From Steroidobacteraceae bacterium (GTDB lineage Bacteria; Pseudomonadota; Gammaproteobacteria; Steroidobacterales; Steroidobacteraceae), in NCBI GenBank assembly GCA_035504115.1, contig DATJSL010000030.1, positions 19,864 through 43,863 of the forward strand: a stretch of DNA of 24,000 nt, written 5' to 3'. The notes under the pieces were generated by a model. The model was not told the origin of the DNA and did no database searches. It saw only the letters and a list, made by a program, of their open reading frames with translations. Made by a program: the position numbers and the translations under genes. Below, piece after piece: positions 17,854 to 24,000 of the stretch. Every line of letters begins with the position of its first letter. Within the stretch, counting starts at the first letter, position 1.

Positions 17854-20433
17854 CTAGAAGAGCGGTTTGTCGCCATCATTCAGCGGGTTCGTATTGTTCT
17901 GCCCCTCCGCGCTCTCGGGCTTGGGCAGATTGCCTTCGATGAATTTCTCCATGATGCCGTTCGGATTGTCGGCGCTCGCGAGCAACCCGGTATCCGGCGA
18001 GATGCGCACCGTGACGATGCCGTCGGGCATCGGTACCTTGTGCCGCGGCACGCCATCGAGCGCCTGGTGCATGAAGAATATCCAGGTCGGCAGCGCGGCG
18101 CGCGAGCCCTGCTCGAGCTCGCCCAGGGTGCGATCCTGGTCGAAGCCGGTCCACACCGTCGCGACCAAGTCGGCGTTGAAGCCCGAGAACCAGGCATCGT
18201 GCGCATCGTTGGTCGTCCCCGTCTTTCCCGCAATGTCATCCCGGCCGAGCACCAGGGCCCTTTGGCCGGTGCCGTGCTTGATCACGTCCGCCATCATGTC
18301 GGACAGCAAATAGGCGACCTGGGGACGGATGATTTGCGGCGCGAGATCCTTGGCCGGGATCAGTGATTTGCCGTCGGGCACCCCCTCGTCGAGCCAGCTC
18401 GCGCTCGCGGCCGCGGCATGCTGCGACGCGGCGCGCTGGACCCCGGGCGCATGCGCGGCCGGGGGCGGCGGATCGTCGCTCGAGCTGCGCTCGAGGGCGG
18501 CGGTGAGCCCGGCGCCGCCCGCGGGCGGCCGCCCGTCCGCGAGCGCCGCGTTCAGAGTGCTCGTCTGGTCGGCGGCGCACTGTGCGCAGGCGATGAGCGG
18601 CTCCGCCTGGTAGATCGGCTTGCCGGTCGCGTCCAGAATCCGATCGATGTAGTAGGGGGTGACGCGAAATCCCCCGTTCGCGAACGTCGCATAGCCGGTG
18701 GCCACTTGCAGCGGGGAGAGCTCCGCGGTCCCCAGGGCCATGGTGAGATCATCGGGCACCTGGGACTTGTCGAAACCGAAGCGAGTGACGTAATTGCGCG
18801 CGTATTCGACGCCGATGTCGCGCACCACGCGCACCGACACGAGGTTGCGCGAGTAGGCCAGCGCGTCGCGCAGGCGCACCGGCCCGTAGAATTCGTTGGT
18901 GTCCTCTTTCGGCCGCCAGCCCGTGTCGTTGCCGGCGGTATCGATCACGATGGGCGCATCGAGCACCACGGTCGCGGGCGTGTAGCCCTTGTCGAATGCG
19001 GCCGCGTAGATGAAGGGCTTGAACCCCGAGCCAGGCTGCCGCCGCGCCTGGGTGACGCGGTTGAACTTGCTCTGGAAGTAATCGAAGCCGCCCACCAGCG
19101 CGACCACCGCCCCATCCTTCGGGTCGAGCGCGACGAGCGCGCTCTGCGCCTCCGGCACTTGCACGAACTGCAGGGATTCCGGGGTATTGCCGACCGTGTA
19201 GATCACATCGCCCCGATGCAAGATCTCGGAGGCGTCCGTCGGCGAGCGGTCCACCTTCTCATCCGGCAGCTCGCGCCGCGCCCAGGACAGCTTCGCCCAG
19301 GGAAGCGTCACGTCGCCCAGATCCTTCACATGGATCTTCGCGCTTTTCTCCTCCACGCCGACGACGATGGCCGGCCGCAAGCCCCCGACCGCGGGCCGCT
19401 CCTCGAGCTCGGCATCCATCGCCGCATCGCTCGTCAGCTTCGAGGGGTCGACCTTGTCGGCCGCGCCCCGCCAGCCGTGGCGGCGGTCGTACTCCAGGAG
19501 TCCCGTGCGCAGCGACACCGTGGCCGCGGCCTGCAGGCGCGAGTCGATGGTGGTGAAAACCTGATAGCCCGCCGTATAGATGGCGTCCCCGTACTTCGCC
19601 TGCATCTCGTTGCGCACCATCTCGGCGACATAGGGCGCGTCGACCTCGATGGATGGGCCGTGCAGGCGGCTCTCCATCGGACTCGCCTTCGCCTGCTCGT
19701 ATTGCGCCTCGGTGATGTAGCCGAGATCGCGCATTCTCCCGAGCACGTGGGCGCGGCGCACGGTGGCGGCCTCGGGGTTGGCGACCGGGTTGACGGTGGA
19801 GGGCGCGGCGGGAATGCCGGCGAGCGTCGCCATCTCCGCGATGCTCAGCTGATCGAGGCTCTTGCCGAAGTAGACCTCGGCGGCGGCGGCCACGCCGTAG
19901 GCGCGCTGTCCCAGGAAGATCTTGTTGACGTAGAGCGAGAAGATCTCTTCCTTGGTGAATTCGCTCTCCATCAGCAGCGAGATGTAGACCTCGCTCATCT
20001 TGCGCTTCATGTCGCGCCGCGGGGTGAGGAACATGTCGCGCGCCACCTGCATGGTGATCGTGCTCGCCCCCTGGCTGATCCGGCCGGCCCGCGCATTGGC
20101 GAGCGCGGCGCGCAAGATGCCCTGCCAGTCGACCCCATGATGGCGGAAGAACCGGTCATCCTCCGTGGCGAGGAAGGCCTGCACCAGCTTCGGCGGCAGG
20201 TCCGAGTAGCGCACCGGGATGCGCCTTTGCTCCCCGATCGAGGCCATCAGGCGCCCGTCGCGGGTATAAATCCTCAGGGGAACCTGCAATTGCACGTCGC
20301 GCAGGGACTCGACGTCCGGCAAGGCGGGGCGCAAGTAGACATAAGCGCAGACGTTGGCGAACGCGATCAGCACGATTGCGCCCGCCAGGCATGCACAAAT
20401 TCGGGATATGAGAACCAGGTAACGTTTGGCCAC
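17854..20433 (-). CDS. mrcA: Penicillin-binding protein 1A (bifunctional glycosyltransferase/transpeptidase)
   Basis: 859-aa ORF with an N-terminal membrane anchor. GT51 motifs are present (ATEDDRFFRHHGVD, GASTITMQVARD, RKMSEVYISLLME). The transpeptidase motifs are SGFKP (SxxK) and KTGTTND. It uses a GTG start. Divergent arrangement with pilMNOPQ is classic ponA synteny. Confidence 0.95.
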   Translation of the reverse strand: MAKRYLVLISRICACLAGAIVLIAFANVCAYVYLRPALPDVESLRDVQLQVPLRIYTRDGRLMASIGEQRRIPVRYSDLPPKLVQAFLATEDDRFFRHHGVDWQGILRAALANARAGRISQGASTITMQVARDMFLTPRRDMKRKMSEVYISLLMESEFTKEEIFSLYVNKIFLGQRAYGVAAAAEVYFGKSLDQLSIAEMATLAGIPAAPSTVNPVANPEAATVRRAHVLGRMRDLGYITEAQYEQAKASPMESRLHGPSIEVDAPYVAEMVRNEMQAKYGDAIYTAGYQVFTTIDSRLQAAATVSLRTGLLEYDRRHGWRGAADKVDPSKLTSDAAMDAELEERPAVGGLRPAIVVGVEEKSAKIHVKDLGDVTLPWAKLSWARRELPDEKVDRSPTDASEILHRGDVIYTVGNTPESLQFVQVPEAQSALVALDPKDGAVVALVGGFDYFQSKFNRVTQARRQPGSGFKPFIYAAAFDKGYTPATVVLDAPIVIDTAGNDTGWRPKEDTNEFYGPVRLRDALAYSRNLVSVRVVRDIGVEYARNYVTRFGFDKSQVPDDLTMALGTAELSPLQVATGYATFANGGFRVTPYYIDRILDATGKPIYQAEPLIACAQCAADQTSTLNAALADGRPPAGGAGLTAALERSSSDDPPPPAAHAPGVQRAASQHAAAASASWLDEGVPDGKSLIPAKDLAPQIIRPQVAYLLSDMMADVIKHGTGQRALVLGRDDIAGKTGTTNDAHDAWFSGFNADLVATVWTGFDQDRTLGELEQGSRAALPTWIFFMHQALDGVPRHKVPMPDGIVTVRISPDTGLLASADNPNGIMEKFIEGNLPKPESAEGQNNTNPLNDGDKPLF

Positions 20434-20488
20434 AGCAAACCGCTCTAACTTATTGCGCCGGCGGACACAGGGCTGGCATATTACCGCG

Positions 20489-20579
20489 GCTTACAAAGGC
20501 ATACTCATCGAAAGATGAGGACGCAAAGCCACCGGTCTAAGGGTTCGAGGCCTAAGACAGCGGGGTTGCCAGACCAAGC
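20489..20579 (+). promoter_or_regulatory. c-di-GMP-I (GEMM) riboswitch aptamer, oriented toward pilM
   Basis: Read directly. The first hairpin is CTCATC-GAAA-GATGAG (20504-20519, GNRA tetraloop). It is immediately followed by GACGCAAAGCC (20520-20530). The second hairpin is GTCTAAGG/CCTAAGAC (20535-20542 / 20551-20558) with an A-A mismatch, giving a UAAGG/CCUAAG tetraloop-receptor-like motif. AGCGGGGTTGCC follows at 20559-20570. The closing helix is GGC/GCC (20498-20500 / 20568-20570) plus GCTT/AAGC (20489-20492 / 20576-20579). These blocks match, in order and spacing, the V. cholerae Vc2 aptamer as I recall it (..CAUUCGAAAGAGUGGGACGCAAAGCCUCCGGCCUAA...GUAGCGGGGUUACC..). Confidence 0.85.
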
Positions 20580-20653
20580 TTAACCAATCGCCTAGGGAGA
20601 GCAATAGGCGAGAAGAGGTCTGAATGGACGTTCTGATGGATTCATCGATTGCG

Positions 20654-20681
20654 CTGCGGGATCCGCGCAGTTCTCATTTTT
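20654..20681 (+). terminator. Terminator-like hairpin 1 in the pilM leader (CTGCG-ggatccg-CGCAG followed by TTCTCATTTTT)
   Basis: A 5-bp GC stem at 20654-20658 / 20666-20670 is followed by a U-rich tract (8 of 11 T). The short stem keeps confidence low. Confidence 0.3.
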
Positions 20682-20696
20682 GCGACATGCCGGCGC

Positions 20697-20737
20697 CTCA
20701 CGGTCATTACCGTGAGTCTCTTCACGTTCTCATTTAA
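20697..20737 (+). terminator. Terminator-like hairpin 2 in the pilM leader (CTCACGGT-catt-ACCGTGAG followed by TCTCTTCACGTTCTCATTT)
   Basis: A perfect 8-bp stem with a 4-nt loop (20697-20716) is followed by a pyrimidine/U-rich stretch. It lies 80-120 nt upstream of the pilM start. Confidence 0.4.
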
Positions 20738-20815
20738 CAGTTTTCGCTAACTTTGAGCATCTATGTCAGCGTCCCCCACCGCGCTCCAACGTGTTGAGCG
20801 AAAAGGAATATTCTA

Positions 20816-21880
20816 GTGTTCGCGCTAGGTAAACGTTACCGTCCGCTGCTGGGGCTGGACATCACCACCTCGTCGGTGAAGCTGATCGAGCTGACCATGT
20901 CGGGTGGGCAATACCGGGTCGAGTCCTATGCCGCGGAGCCGACCCCGCACAATGCCATCAACGAGAAGGTCATCGTCGACGCCGAAGCGGTCGGCGAGGC
21001 GATCCGCCGCGCCGTGAAGCGCTCCGGCGCGAAGAGCCGCCTCGCGGCCATCGCCATCTCCGGCGATGCCGCCATCACCAAGGTCATCCAGATGCCCAAG
21101 ACCCTCGGTGAGCACGAGCTCGAGGGCCAGGTCGAGATGCAGGCCGACCAGTACATCCCCTTCCCCATGGAGGAGGTGAGCTACGACTTCCAGGTCGTCG
21201 GCCCGTCCGAGAAGGACCCGGACATGCTCGACGTGCTGCTGGTGGCGACGCGCACCGAGAACGTCGAGCAGCGCCAGGCGGCGGTTCAGGCCTCGGGCTT
21301 GACGGCGCAGATCGTCGACGTCGAGGCGTTCGCCCTCGAGAACGCCTGCGCTCTGATGCGCCATCAGATGCCGGACGGCGGCATGGACCGCACCGTCGCG
21401 GTGGTCGATTTCGGCGCGAGCAGCACGACCTTCAGCGTGCTGCGCGACCTCAAGGTCGTCTACACCCGCGACTTCGCCTTCGGCGGCCAGCAGCTCACCG
21501 AGGAGATCATGCGCACCTACGGGCTGTCCATGGAGGAAGCGGGGCGCGCCAAGAAGGAAGGCGGATTGCCGAGCAACTATCAGCCCGAGGTCCTCGACCC
21601 GTTCATCGACGACATGACGCAGCAGGTGAGCCGCTCGCTGCAGTTCTACCTCGCCTCGGGCAGCGGCCGCTCGCAGCCGGACCAGATCCTCGTGTGCGGC
21701 GGCTGCGCCAACATACCCGGCGTCGCCGAGGTGATCTCCAGCCGCGTCGGCGTGGCCGCCGACAAGGGCGATCCGCTCGGCAACATGAAGGTGTCGTCGA
21801 AAGCCAAAGCGCAGGCGGTGAGCCGCGACGCAACGGCCTTGCTTACCGCCTGCGGCCTCGCGCTGCGCAGCTTCGACTGA
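20816..21880 (+). CDS. pilM: Type IV pilus assembly protein PilM (actin-like ATPase fold)
   Basis: GTG start with AAAAGGAA 8 nt upstream. VFALGKRYRPLLGLDITTSSVKLIEL...YAAEPTP...ADQYIPFPMEEVSYDFQV is collinear with P. aeruginosa PilM (LLGIDISSTSVKLLEL...ADQYIPYPLEEV). Confidence 0.93.
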   Translation: MFALGKRYRPLLGLDITTSSVKLIELTMSGGQYRVESYAAEPTPHNAINEKVIVDAEAVGEAIRRAVKRSGAKSRLAAIAISGDAAITKVIQMPKTLGEHELEGQVEMQADQYIPFPMEEVSYDFQVVGPSEKDPDMLDVLLVATRTENVEQRQAAVQASGLTAQIVDVEAFALENACALMRHQMPDGGMDRTVAVVDFGASSTTFSVLRDLKVVYTRDFAFGGQQLTEEIMRTYGLSMEEAGRAKKEGGLPSNYQPEVLDPFIDDMTQQVSRSLQFYLASGSGRSQPDQILVCGGCANIPGVAEVISSRVGVAADKGDPLGNMKVSSKAKAQAVSRDATALLTACGLALRSFD

Positions 21881-21888
21881 GGGGTGCC

Positions 21889-22476
21889 ATGCCGCGTATC
21901 AATCTACTTCCCCACCGCGAACAAGAGCGCAAGCGACGCCGCCGCGAATTCGGCGTCGCCGTGATCGGGGCGCTGCTCGCCGGTGCCGTCGTCGCCGGCG
22001 GAGCCAAGGTGGTCTATTCGACCTGGATCGACGCTCAGACCGAGAAGAACAACCTCCTGAAGAAGGAGATCGTGAAGCTCGATGCCGAGATCGCCGACAT
22101 CCAGGACCTCGAGACGCGCAAGCAGCGCCTGGTGGCGCGCATGGAGATCATCGACAAGCTGCAGCGCAAGCGTCCGGAAATCGTGCATCAGTTCGACGAG
22201 CTGGTGCGCACCGTGCCCGACGGCGTCTATCTGACCTCGATCAAGCAGAGCGGCAACAAGCTCGAGCTCAAGGGCGTGGCGCAATCGAGCACGCGCGTAT
22301 CGACCTTCATGCGCAACATCGACGCCTCGGCCTGGATGGATAACCCCGAGCTGCAGGTGGTGGAGACGGCCAAGGACTCGCCCACCGGCGGATCGAACTT
22401 CACCGTGTTCGCCAACACCGTGGGGGTCAATCTCGACGAAGGCGGCGAAACCACGGTCAAGAAGGCAGCAAAATGA
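21889..22476 (+). CDS. pilN: Type IV pilus assembly protein PilN
   Basis: ATG 21889 gives MPRINLLPHREQERKRRRREF followed by a TM helix, the canonical PilN N-terminus. The 65 codons the track ORF adds upstream lie inside pilM and are rejected. Confidence 0.9.
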   Translation: MPRINLLPHREQERKRRRREFGVAVIGALLAGAVVAGGAKVVYSTWIDAQTEKNNLLKKEIVKLDAEIADIQDLETRKQRLVARMEIIDKLQRKRPEIVHQFDELVRTVPDGVYLTSIKQSGNKLELKGVAQSSTRVSTFMRNIDASAWMDNPELQVVETAKDSPTGGSNFTVFANTVGVNLDEGGETTVKKAAK

Positions 22477-23120
22477 AGTTGCTCGAAGAGCTCAAATCGA
22501 TCGACCCGCGCGACCCCGGCCGCTGGCCGCTGGTGGTGCGCGGCTTCTTCGTCCTCGTGGTATTCGTCCTGTGCGCCGGATTCTTCACGTACATGTTCGT
22601 GTGGAACGAGGATCGGCCGGTGCTGCAGAAGGCCGAGGCGGACGAGCTCGATCTGCGCACGCAGTTCGAGAACAAGCAGCAGCGGGCCGTCAATCTCGAC
22701 GCCTACAAGGCGCAGCTCGCGGACATGGAGCGCTCCTTCGGCGCGATGCTGCGCCAGCTGCCCGGCAAGACCGAAGTGCCGAATCTGCTGGTCGACATCT
22801 CCCAGACCGGCCTCGCCGCGGGCCTGAGCGAGAAGCTGTTCCAGCCCGGTGCCGAGAAGAGCAACGGCTTCTACGCGGAGCTGCCCATCAAGATCAGGCT
22901 GGTCGGCTCCTACCATCAGTTCGGCGCCTTCGTCAGCGGCATCGCCGCTCTGCCGCGCATCGTCACGCTGCACGACATCCAGATCACTCCCGTCGACAGC
23001 AAGGTCGGCGGCTACGACAACCTGACCATGGATGTGACCGCCAAGACCTATCGGTACATCGAGGACGAGGGCGGCGCCAAGCCCGCTCCGAAGAAGAAGA
23101 CAAAAGGAGGCGCTTCGTGA
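22473..23120 (+). CDS. pilO: Type IV pilus assembly protein PilO
   Basis: ATGA overlap with the pilN stop. It has an N-terminal TM helix and a coiled-coil region, and its C-terminal half contains PILO-like motifs (LPGKTEVPNLLVDISQ, YHQFGAFVSGIAALPRIVTLHD). Confidence 0.9.
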   Translation: MKLLEELKSIDPRDPGRWPLVVRGFFVLVVFVLCAGFFTYMFVWNEDRPVLQKAEADELDLRTQFENKQQRAVNLDAYKAQLADMERSFGAMLRQLPGKTEVPNLLVDISQTGLAAGLSEKLFQPGAEKSNGFYAELPIKIRLVGSYHQFGAFVSGIAALPRIVTLHDIQITPVDSKVGGYDNLTMDVTAKTYRYIEDEGGAKPAPKKKTKGGAS

Positions 23121-23647
23121 ACTTGAGACCCAAGTCCCGCCGCGCCGCGGGCGTGCGCAGCGTCTGCGCGGTCGCGCTCGCAGGCTGCGTGATGGCGGGT
23201 TGCTCGGGCGGCCAGTCGGACCTGCAGCAGTGGATCGCGATGACCAAGAAGAAGCCCGGCGGCCGGATCCAGCCGCTGCCCGAGGTCAAGCCCTACGAGA
23301 GCTTCGTGTACAGCGCGAGCAATCTGCGCTCTCCGTTCCAGCCGGCCAGCCCGAACCTCGCCAACGGCGGCGTGCGGCCGACCGTGCGGCGCAACCGGGA
23401 GTTCCTGGAAAACTTCTCGCTCGACACGCTGAAGATGGTGGGCACGTTCAAGGTGGGAAACAGCTTCTATGGACTGGTGCAATCCAAGGACGGCCTGGTG
23501 CACAAGGTTCAGCCCGGCAACTACATGGGCCAGAACGACGGCAAGGTGACTGAGATTACGGCCAGCAAAATAAGCCTCATCGAGATCATACCGGACGGTC
23601 TCGGCGGCTACATCGAGCGACCGGCCTCATTGGCATTGACTGATTGA
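23117..23647 (+). CDS. pilP: Type IV pilus assembly lipoprotein PilP
   Basis: GTG 23117 forms a GTGA overlap with pilO, with AAAAGGAGG 6 nt upstream. It has the lipobox LAGC/MAGCS. The C-terminal beta domain (LKMVGTF..YGLVQSKDGLVHKVQPGNYMGQNDGKVTEIT) is typical of PilP. Confidence 0.85.
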   Translation: MNLRPKSRRAAGVRSVCAVALAGCVMAGCSGGQSDLQQWIAMTKKKPGGRIQPLPEVKPYESFVYSASNLRSPFQPASPNLANGGVRPTVRRNREFLENFSLDTLKMVGTFKVGNSFYGLVQSKDGLVHKVQPGNYMGQNDGKVTEITASKISLIEIIPDGLGGYIERPASLALTD

Positions 23648-23670
23648 TGGGGCCACAGGGAGAGCAACGC

Positions 23671-24000
23671 ATGAGCAGATTCAAGACACGAATGGCGATG
23701 ATCGGCGTAATGGCGCTCGCCGCATTATCGGTATTCGCCCCGAGGACCGAGGCGCAGGGCGCAGGCGCGCTCAAGCTCGAGTCCATCGACGTCCAGACGC
23801 TGTCCGGCCAGCAGGTCGAGCTCAAGCTCCACTTGAGCGGGCCGGCGAGCGAGCCCTTGCCGTTCACCATCGACAAGCCGGCGCGCATCGCGCTCGACCT
23901 CGCGAACACCTCGCTCGCGCTGCCCTCGCGCCGCATCGACGTGCGCTCCGGCGGCGTGGATTCCGTGCTTGCGGCCGAAGCGAACGGCCGCTCGCGCATC
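23671..24000 (+). CDS. pilQ: Type IV pilus secretin PilQ, N-terminal AMIN-domain part (runs off the window)
   Basis: Hand translation from ATG 23671 (AGGGAGAG upstream) gives MSRFKTRMAMIGVMALAALSVFAPRTEAQGAGALKLESIDVQTLSGQQVELKLHLSGPASEPLPFTIDKPARIALDL.... This reads as a signal peptide followed by an AMIN-like domain. Its position after pilP fits pilQ. Confidence 0.85.
   Translation, partial: MSRFKTRMAMIGVMALAALSVFAPRTEAQGAGALKLESIDVQTLSGQQVELKLHLSGPASEPLPFTIDKPARIALDLANTSLALPSRRIDVRSGGVDSVLAAEANGRSRI

Noticed and set aside
20472-20487. Sigma-54-like element TGGCAT-N-..-CGC upstream of the riboswitch.
   Set aside because: The GG-to-GC spacing is off by one relative to TGGCACG-N4-TTGC, and the -12 element lacks TTGC. 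This is not sufficient to call a promoter.
20541-20570. tRNA T-arm-like sequence GGGTTCGAGGCC and a ...GGTTGCCA end, suggesting a tRNA fragment or integration scar.
   Set aside because: No acceptor, D or anticodon arms can be drawn. The sequence is fully accounted for as the loop of the second hairpin and the conserved 3' core of the c-di-GMP-I aptamer.

Overview
This is a high-GC (about two-thirds G+C by eye) proteobacterial chromosomal core segment with gammaproteobacterium-like gene order. Nearly all of it is housekeeping. On the minus strand lie ridA (partial), spoT, rpoZ, gmk and yicC. On the plus strand lies a translationally coupled block: an orphan PP2C phosphatase, rph, rdgB and hemW. 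Next comes a 386-bp intergenic region containing a 23% G+C island and consensus DnaA boxes. This is followed on the plus strand by rpmE, gltA, a secreted PQQ-like beta-propeller protein and a secreted HtrA-type protease. A gap-free minus-strand string follows: mrcA (PBP1A), a nucleotidyltransferase-like ORF, then bioB, bioF, bioD and bioA. The window ends with pilM, pilN, pilO, pilP and a partial pilQ on the plus strand. I found no mobile elements, CRISPR arrays, tRNA or rRNA genes, or defence islands. The strongest non-obvious signal is an RNA element in the 382-bp mrcA/pilM divergent region. It matches the c-di-GMP-I (GEMM) riboswitch aptamer almost motif for motif and points into the type IV pilus assembly operon. 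Downstream of it are two terminator-like hairpins embedded in a 37-codon uORF. The second signal is the DnaA-box cluster plus AT-rich island upstream of rpmE, which looks oriC-, DARS- or datA-like. Other oddities: a 27-bp tandem-repeat tail on BioD that abuts bioA through a GTGA overlap, a 10-bp perfect hairpin at codons 4-16 of spoT, and gltA tightly coupled to two secreted proteins. The many long alternative-frame ORFs in the track are high-GC artefacts. All homology calls come from motif recognition by eye and need database confirmation.
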